A stretch of DNA of 63,903 nt, counting the filler. It is 6 parts of 6 records of this genome, joined end to end, with 100 filler letters (N's around TTAATTAATTAA, not from the genome) between each part and the next. Parts side by side here need not be neighbours in the genome. Positions count along the whole stretch, not along the records: positions 38,032 to 44,050 come from DRR723986_6407; positions 44,151 to 58,630 come from DRR723986_6410; 4 more parts are not named here. One strand, written 5' to 3'. This document shows, piece by piece, positions 38,032-48,993 of this stretch; positions within the stretch are counted from its first letter, which is position 1, and every line of letters begins with the position of its first letter. The position numbers were made by a program, and so were the translations under genes. Below the pieces are notes generated by a model that had not been told where the DNA came from, did not search any database, and was given only the letters and a program-made list of their open reading frames with translations.

Positions 38032-38681
38032 GCATTGTGGGCGAAAGCGGTTCGGGCAAAAGCACATTGGCCATGGCGATGATGCGGCTGATCCGCTCGG
38101 AAGGGGGCATCACCTATGCTGGCCAAGATGTGCGCGCCTGGTCTACCAAAACCCTGCGCCACCTGCGCCGCGAAATGCAGATTGTGTTTCAAGATCCGTT
38201 CGGCAGCCTGAGCCCGCGCATGACCTGCGAACAGATCATCGCCGAAGGGCTGGGCGTGCATGGCGTGCCAGATGGCCGCAAACCGCGCGAATTGGTGGCC
38301 GAAATCATGCAAGAGGTGGGGCTAGACCCGGCCACTATGCACCGCTACCCGCACGAATTTTCCGGTGGTCAGCGCCAGCGTATCGCGATTGCCCGCGCCA
38401 TGATTTTGCGCCCGAAACTGGTGGTTTTAGACGAACCCACAAGCGCGCTGGATATGACGGTGCAGGTGCAGATCGTGGATCTGCTGCGCGATCTGCAGGG
38501 GAAATACGGGCTGGCTTATTTGTTTATCAGCCACGATTTGAACGTGGTGCGCGCCATGAGCCACAAGATTGTTGTGATGAAACAGGGCGATATCGTCGAA
38601 GCGGGGCCCGCCGAACAGGTGTTTGAGGCCCCGCAATCAGACTATACGCGCCGCCTGCTGGCGGCGGCGCTAAACCACTAA
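38032..38681 (+). CDS. Peptide ABC transporter ATPase (YejF-like), 5' truncated
   Basis: GESGSGKS, FSGGQRQR and LDEPT. Confidence 0.9.
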
Positions 38682-38690
38682 GCACCCGCC

Positions 38691-40046
38691 CTAAATGGCC
38701 GAGCTGTGCCCCGCTTTGCTAAGGTCATAGGCATCAAAGGCACGCGCCACCATACGCGCCAGCGGGCGTGCGGCGGGCGGAATAAACAGCCCCTCTGGTG
38801 ACAGGTGCAACAGCCCGTCAAAGGCCTGCGCCACCGGCTGCAACAGCGCCTCGATTTGCCTGTCAGACAGGCCAAAGCTGTCTTTCAGTTCTTGTGCATC
38901 GATGCGAAAATCACACATCAATGCCTCGATTATGCGGGCGCGCATGATGTCTTGGCCGGTAAAGATATGTCCACGCGCAGTGGAAAACTGCCCTGCGCGT
39001 ATCGCCGCCACATGCGCCGAGGTGGCAGGCGCATTTTGCGCATAGCCTTGTGGAAAGCGCGAAATCGACGATGCGCCAACGCCAATCAGCACTTGGGCCG
39101 GGTCATCGGTGTAGCCCTGAAAATTACGCCGCAGCGTGCCGGCCTTCAGCGCGCGCGCCATGCTATCATCGGGGCGGGCGAAATGATCGATGCCGATTTC
39201 GGTGTAACCATCCCACACAAACAGCCGCTGGGCGGTTTCAAACAGCGCCAAGCGCTCTTCTGGGGTGGGCAGCGCATCAGACGGGATCATTTGCTGGCGC
39301 TTTGCCATCCATGGCACATGGGCATAGCCATAAAGCGCCACGCGATCCGGGTTGAAACTAAGGAGCTTTTGCACGGTGTCGGTAATGCGGGCATGGGTTT
39401 GATTGGGCAGGCCGAATAATATGTCGGCGTTCAGGCTGTGCACACCGCGGGCGCGAATCATATCTACAGCGTTGCGGGTGGTTTCAAACCCTTGCAGGCG
39501 GCCAATGGTTTTCTGGATGTCTTCATCGAAATCCTGAATGCCAATCGAGGCGCGGTTCATGCCTGCTGCGGCCAGGGCATCTAGGCGGGCGGCATCAATC
39601 TCGTTTGGGTCAATCTCGACTGAAAATTCCGCGTCTTTGGCCAGGGGGGCCATGGCAAAAATGCTGGCGGCCAGATCGGCCATCATATCGGCGGGCATCA
39701 AGGTTGGCGTGCCGCCCCCCCAATGCAGCCGCGACAGCGTAACGCCCTTTGGCAGGTGTTGGCCCAAAAGCGCCAGTTCCTGTTTCAGCGTTTCGGCATA
39801 GGCGCGCACGGGTTCCGGGCTTTGGGTGCCTTGGGTGCGACAGGCGCAAAACCAACACAACCGCCGGCAAAAGGGCACGTGCAAATAAAGCGAGATCTGG
39901 TCTCCGGGCTGAATTGCCCCGATCCAGTGCGAAAATTCGCTGGGCCCTACGTTTGGCGAAAAATGCGGCGCGGTCGGGTAACTGGTGTACCGCGGCACTT
40001 TGGCATCGAACAGACCTAGCTTTGCGAGTTGCGTTTTTGAAACCAT
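38691..40046 (-). CDS. hemN: Oxygen-independent coproporphyrinogen III oxidase
   Basis: PRYTSYP, radical-SAM motif CRRLCWFC, GGGTP and RRNFQGY. Confidence 0.96.
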   Translation of the reverse strand: MVSKTQLAKLGLFDAKVPRYTSYPTAPHFSPNVGPSEFSHWIGAIQPGDQISLYLHVPFCRRLCWFCACRTQGTQSPEPVRAYAETLKQELALLGQHLPKGVTLSRLHWGGGTPTLMPADMMADLAASIFAMAPLAKDAEFSVEIDPNEIDAARLDALAAAGMNRASIGIQDFDEDIQKTIGRLQGFETTRNAVDMIRARGVHSLNADILFGLPNQTHARITDTVQKLLSFNPDRVALYGYAHVPWMAKRQQMIPSDALPTPEERLALFETAQRLFVWDGYTEIGIDHFARPDDSMARALKAGTLRRNFQGYTDDPAQVLIGVGASSISRFPQGYAQNAPATSAHVAAIRAGQFSTARGHIFTGQDIMRARIIEALMCDFRIDAQELKDSFGLSDRQIEALLQPVAQAFDGLLHLSPEGLFIPPAARPLARMVARAFDAYDLSKAGHSSAI

Positions 40047-40082
40047 GGGCCTAGCGTTAAACCGATGGGGCAGGGGTGGACT

Positions 40083-40096
40083 TTGACCCAGATCAA
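40083..40096. promoter_or_regulatory. FNR box between hemN and fnrL
   Basis: TTGAC-CCAG-ATCAA. Confidence 0.85.
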
Positions 40097-40112
40097 GCGC
40101 GCGAAGATAAAC

Positions 40113-40859
40113 ATGTTGAATGATCATAGCAGCTCGGTCACCCAAGAGTGCAGTGAGTGCCCTATTCGCCATCGGGCGGTGTGTGCACGCTGCGAAGTGG
40201 ATGAACTGGAGCGATTAGAAGAAATTAAATATTACCGCTCATTTCAGGCGGGCCAGACCATTGTGTGGTCGGGCGATAAGATGGAGTTTGTGGGCTCGGT
40301 CGTTTCAGGCATCGCCACGCTGACCCAAACCATGGAAGATGGGCGCACCCAGATGGTGGGCCTGTTGTTGCCCAGCGATTTTGTCGGGCGGCCGGGGCGC
40401 GATGGCGCGGCTTATGATGTGGTGGCCACCACCGATTTGGTCATGTGCTGTTTTCGCAAAAGGCCGTTCGAAGATATGATGGGGCGCACCCCGCATATCG
40501 CCCATCGCCTGCTGGAAATGACCCTGGACGAGCTGGATGCCGCCCGCGAATGGATGCTGGTCTTGGGGCGCAAAACCGCGCGCGAAAAGATTGCATCGCT
40601 GCTGTCTATCATTGCGCGGCGCGATGCCTCGCTAAATCTGCGCCCGGCGCGGGGGGCTTTGGTGTTTGATCTGCCCCTGACCCGCGAAGCGATGGCCGAT
40701 TACCTGGGCCTAACGCTGGAAACGGTCAGCCGCCAGATTTCGGCACTGAAACGCGATGGCGTGATCACGCTGGAAGGCAAGCGCCATGTCACCGTGCCCG
40801 ATTTTGCGCGCCTGTTGGAAGAGGCGGGCGATGACACAGATGGCGGTATGCTGTCCTAA
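40113..40859 (+). CDS. fnrL: FnrL anaerobic regulator
   Basis: N-terminal CSECPIRHRAVC and HTH ADYLGLTLETVSR. Confidence 0.95.
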   Translation: MLNDHSSSVTQECSECPIRHRAVCARCEVDELERLEEIKYYRSFQAGQTIVWSGDKMEFVGSVVSGIATLTQTMEDGRTQMVGLLLPSDFVGRPGRDGAAYDVVATTDLVMCCFRKRPFEDMMGRTPHIAHRLLEMTLDELDAAREWMLVLGRKTAREKIASLLSIIARRDASLNLRPARGALVFDLPLTREAMADYLGLTLETVSRQISALKRDGVITLEGKRHVTVPDFARLLEEAGDDTDGGMLS

Positions 40860-40917
40860 GCGGTTTGCCAATTGGGGTATCGCTGATAAATAGTGCCCCA
40901 GAATTGGGGGGCACGGT

Positions 40918-42192
40918 ATGAGCGAACAGCATGTTTTAATCGCAGGCGGTGGCATTGGCGGCATGGCATTGGCGCTGACACTGCATCAAATCGGTGTGCC
41001 CTGCACCGTGTTCGAGGCGGTGCCCCAGATCAAGCCGCTGGGCGTGGGCATCAACCTGCAGCCCAATGCCGTGCGCGAGCTGTTCGATCTTGGGATTGGC
41101 GCCGATATGCTGGGCCAGGTGGGCCTGCCAGCGCTGGAATGGGCCTTGGTGGGGCGCAATGGCAACGATATTCACGCCGAACCGCGGGGTTTGAAGGCGG
41201 GCTATCATTGGCCCCAATATGCGGTGCACCGTGGCGCTTTGCAGATGATGCTATATCAGCTTGTGCAGCAGCGGCTTGGGCCGGATGCGGTGCAAACCGG
41301 CCTGCGTGCCGTGGGTTATGCGCAAACCGAGGCGGGCGTTACCCTGCAGCTGCGCGATGCGGCGGGGCAGATGCATGAAAAAACCGGCAGCTTGCTGGTG
41401 GGGGCCGATGGGCTGCATTCGGCCTTGCGGGCGCAGATGTATCCAGATCAGCCGCCCATTCAGTGGGGCGGCGCCATTTTGTGGCGCGGCGTGACGCGGG
41501 CCGCGCCCATTCGCACAGGCTCGTCCTTTGTGGGGCTGGGCACGCATAAACACCGGATGGTGATTTACCCCATTTCCGCCCCCGATGCCGATGGGCTGGC
41601 CACAATCAACTGGATCGCCGAGCAAACGGTAGACAATTCCGCCGGCTGGGAGGGCGACTGGAACCGCAAGGTGGATATCGCGCGGTTCATCCACCATTTC
41701 GAGGGCTGGAATTACGATTGGCTGGATGTGCCCGCCCTGATCCGTGGCGCCAGCGAGGTGTTTGAATACCCGATGATCGACCGCGACCCGGTGCCAAGCT
41801 GGGTTGATGGGCGCGTGGCGCTGCTGGGTGATGCGGCGCATGTGATGTATCCTACCGGCTCGAACGGGGCGTCGCAGGCCATTATTGATGGCCGGGTTTT
41901 GGGGGCAAAGCTGCTGGCGCATGGGCTGACGCCGCGCGCGCTGGCCGCCTATGATGCGCAGCTTTGCCAGCCTGTATCAGAGCTGGTGTTGCGCAACCGC
42001 GGGGCGGGCCCGTTTGGCCTGTTGAACCTGGTAGATGAACGCTGCGGCGGTGTTTTTGACGATATCAATACCGTCATCCCGCAGGACGAGCGCGATGCCT
42101 TTATGGCGGGCTATAAGGCCGCGGCGGGCTTTGCGATAGAGCGGTTGAATGCCAGCCCGCCCACCATAGCGCCAGGTGCGCGGCTGGCCTAA
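40918..42192 (+). CDS. Flavin-dependent monooxygenase/oxidoreductase
   Basis: GGGIGG, VGADG and LLGDAAH motifs. Confidence 0.92.
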   Translation: MSEQHVLIAGGGIGGMALALTLHQIGVPCTVFEAVPQIKPLGVGINLQPNAVRELFDLGIGADMLGQVGLPALEWALVGRNGNDIHAEPRGLKAGYHWPQYAVHRGALQMMLYQLVQQRLGPDAVQTGLRAVGYAQTEAGVTLQLRDAAGQMHEKTGSLLVGADGLHSALRAQMYPDQPPIQWGGAILWRGVTRAAPIRTGSSFVGLGTHKHRMVIYPISAPDADGLATINWIAEQTVDNSAGWEGDWNRKVDIARFIHHFEGWNYDWLDVPALIRGASEVFEYPMIDRDPVPSWVDGRVALLGDAAHVMYPTGSNGASQAIIDGRVLGAKLLAHGLTPRALAAYDAQLCQPVSELVLRNRGAGPFGLLNLVDERCGGVFDDINTVIPQDERDAFMAGYKAAAGFAIERLNASPPTIAPGARLA

Positions 42193-42261
42193 ACAGGCTG
42201 GCCTGAACAAGGTGGCCGGGCGGTGCCGTGGCGCCGCCCAACTGGTGCAGTGGTTTTGGGC

Positions 42262-43101
42262 TTAATGCGCCATGAAAACCGGAATTTCAGATTGTTCCAG
42301 CATATAGCGCGTGGCGCCGCCCAAAATGGCCTCGCGAAAGCGCGAATGCCCATAGGCGCCCATCACCACCAAATCTGCGCCAATATCTTTGGCATGGCGC
42401 AGCAAGATATCTGACACGCGCGGCATGGTTTTTGACAAAACATCAATCTCGCAACGCACCCCGTGGCGGGCCAGATATTGCGACAGCTGGCCGCCCGGGT
42501 CGCTGCGATTGGGGCCATGCACGGGTGGATCTATCACAACCACATGCACCTCTTGTGCAGCTTGCAACAGCGGCAAGGCCGCGCGCGCGGCGTTCAGCGC
42601 CTCGGCGCTTTCGTTCCAGGCCAAGGCAATTTTCTGCGGTGCGGTGATTTGGTGGGTTTGGTCTGGCACCATCAAAACCGGGGCTTGGCCCTCGAACAGC
42701 GCCGCCTCGATCACCGGCTCTAATTCGGCGCCACGGTTTTCGCCATAGGGGCGTGGCAGCACAACCAAATCGGCAAAGCGCGCATGCGCTGCGACATGAC
42801 GGGCAACATCGGCCAGCTGGGCAACGCCCGCTTCGGTGCCATAGCGCAGGCCGCTGATGCCCAGCTGCGCCTTGACGGCGGTTTCAATCGCTGTGGCCTC
42901 GGCTTGGGCGCGTTCGATGCTTTCTTGCAAGATCATGGCATTTGCCCCGGCATAGTAATAGCCGCTTTGGCTGCGATCGACGCCCAGGCACAACACATCT
43001 AGATGGGCATCTTGGGCCGTGGCCAGGCAAGTGGCCTGCGCCAAAACCGGCGCAATTAACGCTTCATCGGTCAGAACTGAAAACAACGATTTATAAGCCA
43101 T
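42262..43101 (-). CDS. Universal stress protein
   Basis: DLVVMGAYGHSRFREAILGGAT. Confidence 0.92.
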   Translation of the reverse strand: MAYKSLFSVLTDEALIAPVLAQATCLATAQDAHLDVLCLGVDRSQSGYYYAGANAMILQESIERAQAEATAIETAVKAQLGISGLRYGTEAGVAQLADVARHVAAHARFADLVVLPRPYGENRGAELEPVIEAALFEGQAPVLMVPDQTHQITAPQKIALAWNESAEALNAARAALPLLQAAQEVHVVVIDPPVHGPNRSDPGGQLSQYLARHGVRCEIDVLSKTMPRVSDILLRHAKDIGADLVVMGAYGHSRFREAILGGATRYMLEQSEIPVFMAH

Positions 43102-43184
43102 GTTTCTTTCCTCCGTTGCGGGCCTTGGGTTTTGGCAAGGCCCGGTTCATGCCCAAGATTAGGCCCGCAGGGGGCGGCCGCGCT

Positions 43185-43230
43185 TTGATTGTGGTCAAGC
43201 AATCGGTGCCCAGCCTTTGATGCAGATCAA
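43185..43230. promoter_or_regulatory. Two FNR boxes between usp and ccoN
   Basis: TTGATTGTGGTCAA (43185-43198) and the perfect consensus TTGATGCAGATCAA (43217-43230). Confidence 0.9.
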
Positions 43231-43323
43231 GGCACGCCGCCCGTATCAGACGCATTAAGCACCCAGTCTAAACAAGCCCACGTGCGCATACGAATCGCGT
43301 GGGGCCAGACGAAGGGACGCAAA

Positions 43324-44050
43324 ATGTTGAATTATATCAAGCTGATCGCGCTTGGTTTGATCACGCTTTTGGCGATGATCGGGGCCAATTATGCGCGCGA
43401 TTTGGCATATCAGGTCAATGCACTGACCGTCGCATTGGTTGCGGCGGGCATGTTTTTATGGACGCTTCGCAACACCGGCGAAACCGCGGCTTACCGCGAT
43501 GTTTCGGGTGAATATATGGATGGCGTTGTGCGCGCCGGGGTTATTGCCACCGCTCTTTGGGGCGTTGTTGGCTTTCTGGTGGGGGTTACGATTGCCTTTC
43601 AGCTGGCCTTTCCGGTGCTTAATTTTGAATGGGCGCAGGGCTATCTGAATTTTGGCAAATTGCGTCCTTTGCACACCTCGGCGGTGATTTTTGCCTTTGG
43701 CGGCAACGCGCTGATTGCAACCTCGTTTTACGTGGTGCAGCGCACCAGCGCGGCGCGGCTGTGGGGCGGAAACCTGGCTTGGTTTGTGTTTTGGGGCTTC
43801 CAGCTGGTGATCGTGCTGGCCGCCACTGGCTATATTCTGGGCGCAACCCAATCGAAAGAATATGCCGAGCCTGAATGGTATGTCGATTGGTGGCTGACCA
43901 TCGTTTGGGTCGCCTATCTGGCGGTTTTCATGGGCACGATCGTAAAGCGCAAAGAGCCGCATATTTATGTGGCAAACTGGTTTTACCTGTCGTTCATCAT
44001 CACCGTTGCCATGCTGCATTTGGTCAACAACCTGTCGATCCCGGTGTCGA
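43324..44050 (+). CDS. ccoN: cbb3-type cytochrome c oxidase subunit I (3' truncated)
   Basis: [27 protein letters not shown] and HIYVANWF. Confidence 0.97.
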
Positions 44051-44150
44051 NNNNNNNNNNNNNNNNNNNNNNNNNNNNNNNNNNNNNNNNNNNNTTAATT
44101 AATTAANNNNNNNNNNNNNNNNNNNNNNNNNNNNNNNNNNNNNNNNNNNN

Positions 44151-44279
44151 AATGGGTTTCTGCGGGTTGCCTTCCAGCATATCTTCGGTGATTGCATCAA
44201 TTTTGCTTTGGTCAAACTCAGCCCTGCGGGCGGTTGTGACATATATTTCTGCGATTTTGACCGGTATTACTTTGAGCAT
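44151..44279 (-). CDS. Small ParB-N-like protein (3' truncated)
   Basis: MLKVIPVKIAEIYV..KIDAITEDMLEGNPQKPI; AGGA RBS. Confidence 0.5.
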
Positions 44280-44315
44280 TTTTTATCCTGTTGTTTGTGC
44301 ACTGTTGCTTTGTGC

Positions 44316-45056
44316 CTAAAATTCTTTCAACACAAGGCGGTAGCCGATGTCGAGGGTGTCTTTCTCTAACAAGTGGCCGTATTTTTCCGCCCACACCCCT
44401 GAACGCAGCTCTTCCTGCAATGTTGCTAACGGTTCTGAAATAGTATTCAGCTTAGCGAAAGTGGAAATGGCTGCGCGAACCAGGGGGTTCAAATAGGCCT
44501 GCGGCCGTCGCCAATAGGCCCCGAGAAAACCATCTGTGCAGTCATGCGGCACAGGAATGGTGGTGATGGTGACTTTTCCCAGAATGCGCTCAAACTCAGT
44601 GAGTTTGGGCATGATGGGTTGGTCCAGCTCAACAATTTCGGGCAAATAGTCCGCCAGCCAAAAATAGGGCGCGGTTGGGTCGAACGTCAAAATAACAAGG
44701 CGTTTTTTTGCCACGCGTTGCATCTCCCGCAGGCCCGCTTCAAAGTTTGACCAGTGATGCACTGTGAGAATCGCCATGGCGGCTTCGAACTGGTTGTCGT
44801 CAAAAGGCATATTTTCGGCGGTGCCCTCAATAACCTTGGCGGCACCCGCTGGGCGCTGGCGGATCATTTCAATGGAAGGCTCCAGCGCCGTTAGGGCTCT
44901 GTCTGTTGGTTCATAAGACCCGGTTCCCGCGCCAACATTGACAACAGATTTGGTATTCCCAAGCGCGCCGTTGATGGCCTGCGCGATACGGGGATCGGGC
45001 TTGCGCAGGTTGGCATAGCCAACACCGATGGTGTTATAAAGCTGCTTCATGGTCAT
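44316..45056 (-). CDS. Class I SAM methyltransferase
   Basis: VNVGAGTG, AENMPF and TVHHW. Confidence 0.9.
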   Translation of the reverse strand: MTMKQLYNTIGVGYANLRKPDPRIAQAINGALGNTKSVVNVGAGTGSYEPTDRALTALEPSIEMIRQRPAGAAKVIEGTAENMPFDDNQFEAAMAILTVHHWSNFEAGLREMQRVAKKRLVILTFDPTAPYFWLADYLPEIVELDQPIMPKLTEFERILGKVTITTIPVPHDCTDGFLGAYWRRPQAYLNPLVRAAISTFAKLNTISEPLATLQEELRSGVWAEKYGHLLEKDTLDIGYRLVLKEF

Positions 45057-45222
45057 AGATTAACGCTTTGGTTTGATGCAGGCCAGTAGTTTCATTATGT
45101 GCTTTCGGTGGTTGTTTTGCAGGATGGTGAACACTGGCTCTCAAAACTGTGGCACCCAGAAACATTTATTATTTCATCGACAAAATATTGCCCTTAATGC
45201 TGTGGCTTAGTATCGTTTTGCA

Positions 45223-46326
45223 ATGAGTGATGCGGTAACAGCAGTGAATGACGACCAAAAGACACGCAGTAGTGTGATAAAAAGCAGTGCAATGCTGCTG
45301 TTATGCGCTGTTGTGCTGGCGGGTTGTTCGCTTGGCCGTACATCGCCGGCAGACATAAAGCCGGTGTTTCGGGTGCTGAACTCGCCGCTACCGGTGCCCA
45401 GCCCGCGCTGGAACCCACGCAGGCAATATGCCAATGCTGCTACAACCATTAGCGCGCGGGCCAACACGCGGGTGCGCTCTGTGGGTAAGCCTGCACTGAT
45501 AAAGCCAACCATTCCAAAGGCCCAAACGCCTGTCTCGGGCAGGGTTATCACGGTCAGCAGAGGCGACACGCTATATTCCCTAGCGCGAAAAAACGGTGTG
45601 CCGGTGCGCAGCATGGTTGCGGCAAATGGCTTACGCGCGCCCTATACGCTGGCAATTGGCCAAAAGCTGCAGGTGCCTGTTGCGTTGCAACATACGGTGC
45701 GTAAGGGCGAAACCGGTTACGGTATTTCACGGCGTTACGGCGTGAATATTACGGCGCTGATGCGTGAGAACGGTATCCGCAAGCCCTACCGTTTATCTGT
45801 AGGGCAAGTGCTGACCTTGCCAGGGGGGGCACAGCCAGCTGCTTCAAGCGCGCGGCAAACTGCTTCGGCCAGCACCCCCAAGCCCGCTGCACGTGGAAGG
45901 GTGGTGCCAACACCAGCGCCCCCCGCGCGCAGCAGTAGCGGGTTTAGTTGGCCCGTAGACGGCAAGCTGGCGTCGCGTTTTGGCCCCAAAGAAGGGGGGC
46001 TGCATAATGATGGTATCAATATTCTTGCTAAACAGGGTACGCCGGTGCGCTCGGCGGAATCAGGCGTTGTGGTTTATGCTTCCAATGCCCTTGAAGGCTA
46101 CGGCAATTTGCTTTTGCTGAAACATGCGGATGGCTGGCTAACCGCTTATGCCCATAATGAGCGATTGCTGGTGAACAAAGGCGATAAAATTACAAAAGGG
46201 CAGGTGATTGCCCGGGTGGGCTCAACTGGCGGGGTTTCAGATCCGCAGCTGCATTTCGAAATTCGCAAGGGCAGGCGGGCGCTAGACCCGTTAGATTACT
46301 TGCGTGGCAGCGTTGCCGCACGGTAA
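45223..46326 (+). CDS. nlpD: LysM/M23 lipoprotein (NlpD-like)
   Basis: Lipobox LAGC, two LysM domains and M23 motifs HNDGINI, YAH and QLHFEIR. Confidence 0.88.
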   Translation: MSDAVTAVNDDQKTRSSVIKSSAMLLLCAVVLAGCSLGRTSPADIKPVFRVLNSPLPVPSPRWNPRRQYANAATTISARANTRVRSVGKPALIKPTIPKAQTPVSGRVITVSRGDTLYSLARKNGVPVRSMVAANGLRAPYTLAIGQKLQVPVALQHTVRKGETGYGISRRYGVNITALMRENGIRKPYRLSVGQVLTLPGGAQPAASSARQTASASTPKPAARGRVVPTPAPPARSSSGFSWPVDGKLASRFGPKEGGLHNDGINILAKQGTPVRSAESGVVVYASNALEGYGNLLLLKHADGWLTAYAHNERLLVNKGDKITKGQVIARVGSTGGVSDPQLHFEIRKGRRALDPLDYLRGSVAAR

Positions 46327-46477
46327 CGGGTATTGACTATGCGGGGCGATTGGCGCCTGCGACCTATACTGTAAGCCTTATTTTTCTAAACATTTTCTGA
46401 AATTGCGTTTGGCAAGCCTGTGCGTACCCTCCATGATGCATAGCAGATTGGGAAAACACCGGTATAGGGAGTTTTGT

Positions 46478-46915
46478 GTGTTTGAAATTATACTCATTGT
46501 TGGCATTGGCATGATTGGCGGCATAGCCGTTGGCACTCAGGCGCAGATTGCCGGCGTTATGTCGGAACGTATTGGCGGTACAGCCGCAAGTGTGGTTGTG
46601 CATGCAGGCGGGCTTATTGCATCACTTGTGTTGCTGGTGGCGCGGGGCGGAGAACAAATTCATGAATGGCGCAGCCTGACATGGTATATGTTGGGCAGCG
46701 GGATTTTCGGGCTGATTTTGTATCTTTCCTTAAGTCAAACAGTGCCCAAACTAGGCGCTACATCTGCGATCACGCTCATTATAGCAGGCCAATTGCTGGC
46801 GGGTGTTGCTATTGACCACTTCGGTATTTTTGGTGTGGAAATACGTAGCATTGACCTGAACAAGGTTGTGGCGGCCCTATTGGTGATGGGTGGTGCCTAC
46901 CTTATGATTCGCTAG
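46478..46915 (+). CDS. DMT-family (YdcZ-like) membrane protein
   Basis: Hydrophobic; AGQLLAGVAIDHFG. Confidence 0.85.
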   Translation: MFEIILIVGIGMIGGIAVGTQAQIAGVMSERIGGTAASVVVHAGGLIASLVLLVARGGEQIHEWRSLTWYMLGSGIFGLILYLSLSQTVPKLGATSAITLIIAGQLLAGVAIDHFGIFGVEIRSIDLNKVVAALLVMGGAYLMIR

Positions 46916-47001
46916 AGACTGGCAGCATGTCAAAGATAACAGCCACGTGAATAGGCATTGGCCAGCAACAGATGTAAACTTTATTTTTTTGGGAGGGCTT
47001 T

Positions 47002-47883
47002 ATGTGTAACGAACAAACAGAATTAGACAATGACGGTTTTGCGGCGAGTGGTGGAACGCTCAACCGGCGCGACTTTAGTAAGTTAAGTACGGCGGCAATT
47101 TTGACACTGATGGCACCGGCCAGTGCGCTGGGCCAGGAAGCGGTTGAAGAATCAACCGTGATGGTCGACATGCCTGACGGCGCGTCTGATTGCTACTATG
47201 TGCGGCCTTCTTCAGGTAAGCACCCTGCAGTATTAATCTGGCCTGATATCAGAGGCTTACGAAATGCTTTTAAAGCAATGGGTAAGCGTATGGCCATGCA
47301 GGGTTACTCGGTTTTGGTGGTGAACCCCTTCTACCGGGATGCAAAAGCACCTGTAGTGCCAGAGGGCGCTAGCTTCCGTGACCCAGATACCCGCAAGCTG
47401 CTTATCGGCATGGCGCGCAAGTTGACGCAGGATGCCAGTATGTCTGATGCTCGCGCTTACATCAGTTTTCTCGATGCGCAAGATGCCGTGGACACAAACA
47501 GAAAAGTTGGCACCATGGGGTACTGTATGGGTGGCCCCCTCATAATGCGCACGGCTGGTGCTGTGCCTGAACGCGTTGGTGCCGCGGCATCTTTCCACGG
47601 CGGCGGCATTGTAACCGACCGCGACGACAGCCCGCATTTGCTTATCCCGCAATCGCCCGCCCATGTATTGCATGCCATTGCGGAAAACGATGACGAGCGC
47701 GGCCCTGAAGCCAAGCACGTGCTGGCGGCAGCCTATAAGGCAGCGGGAATCCCGGCAGAAATTGAGGTTTATGAGGGCACGCTGCACGGTTGGTGCCCGC
47801 CCGACAGCACGGTTTACAACGAAGCACAAGCTGAAAGGGCCTGGGCGAGGGTGAGTGCGCTGTTTGAGCGTGCTCTTGCTTAG
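47002..47883 (+). CDS. Dienelactone hydrolase family protein with a Tat-like leader
   Basis: NRRDF, GYCMGG and HGW. Confidence 0.9.
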   Translation: MCNEQTELDNDGFAASGGTLNRRDFSKLSTAAILTLMAPASALGQEAVEESTVMVDMPDGASDCYYVRPSSGKHPAVLIWPDIRGLRNAFKAMGKRMAMQGYSVLVVNPFYRDAKAPVVPEGASFRDPDTRKLLIGMARKLTQDASMSDARAYISFLDAQDAVDTNRKVGTMGYCMGGPLIMRTAGAVPERVGAAASFHGGGIVTDRDDSPHLLIPQSPAHVLHAIAENDDERGPEAKHVLAAAYKAAGIPAEIEVYEGTLHGWCPPDSTVYNEAQAERAWARVSALFERALA

Positions 47884-47902
47884 AAAATTACCAGAATAAG
47901 GG

Positions 47903-48808
47903 CTAGAAGCGAACCTTCTGGCCCATTTCACCGGCAAGGTTTTGCACGAATTGCCATGCGGTACGGCCAGAGCGGTTGCCGCGGGTTTTAGACCAGTTCA
48001 ATGCGGCGGCGCGCCAATCCTCCCCCGGTGAGAGGGTAAAGGCGGCCAAATACCCCTCAATAATCGCAAGATATTCGCTCTGGTCACATGGATGAAACCC
48101 AAGCCACAAGCCAAACCTGTCCGACAGCGCTATGGTTTCGTCCATTGCTTCGTTGGGGTGAATGCCGGTTGCAGTTTCCTGGTCAATCATCTGGCGGGGC
48201 AGCATATGGCGACGGTTAGAGGTTGCGTAAAAAATTACGTTATCAGGCCTACCTTCTAGGCCACCTTCCAGAACGGATTTTAGCGCCTTAAAGTCTTGGT
48301 CGGGCCGATTGAAGGACAAGTCATCGCAGAACAAGATGCTGGATCGATGCCATTTACGCAAGATGGCCAACAAGGTCGGCAATGCCGAGATATCCTCGCG
48401 GTGAATTTCTACGAGAGCAGGCGGGAAATCAGCAGTTTCCGCTAAATGCTTGTGTATAGCCTTTACCAGCGTGCTTTTGCCCATACCGCGTGCGCCCCAC
48501 AGAAGTGCGTTGTTGGCACTAAACCCCTCGTTAAAGCGTATTGTGTTGTCCAACAGGGTTTGTTTGGCTTGGTCGATGCCCAGCAGTAGCTTGAGCGACG
48601 GCGCGGCGACATGATCCACGTAATTCAGTGTGTTTTTATTCGCGTTATAGACAAAGGCATTTGCTTCTATTTCAATCGAGGAGTCAGGCGGTTCAGGCGA
48701 GGCGGGTCGCATAAGACCTGCCGCTAGCTGCTCAACCGCTTTCGTGAGACGCTTTATCTCTGTTAAGGTGTCTTGAGGTAAATTATTACTTTTGGCCACT
48801 TGCAACAT
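47903..48808 (-). CDS. DUF815 AAA ATPase
   Basis: WGARGMGKS, FCDDLSF, YATSNRRH and LSDRFG. Confidence 0.9.
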   Translation of the reverse strand: MLQVAKSNNLPQDTLTEIKRLTKAVEQLAAGLMRPASPEPPDSSIEIEANAFVYNANKNTLNYVDHVAAPSLKLLLGIDQAKQTLLDNTIRFNEGFSANNALLWGARGMGKSTLVKAIHKHLAETADFPPALVEIHREDISALPTLLAILRKWHRSSILFCDDLSFNRPDQDFKALKSVLEGGLEGRPDNVIFYATSNRRHMLPRQMIDQETATGIHPNEAMDETIALSDRFGLWLGFHPCDQSEYLAIIEGYLAAFTLSPGEDWRAAALNWSKTRGNRSGRTAWQFVQNLAGEMGQKVRF

Positions 48809-48993
48809 CCTGTTCGCTAACCCATGTTGAAGTGAACTAGTATCACGGGAAAATGCCGGTTGCGAGCGCGGCTTTTGTTGCAATTGGCCTTTAAGTGGCT
48901 ATAGTCCCGCCGATGGTTGAGAAATAGCCGGAAATCGCGCAGGTTTGTGCCGACTACCTTACAACCGGCAGAATTGAATAAAGGTATCTAATT

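Noticed and set aside
28600-44050. Apparent denitrification/microaerobic supercluster (nosZR near hemN-fnrL-ccoN)
   Set aside because: The genes are on different contigs separated by a linker; nothing shows they share a genome.
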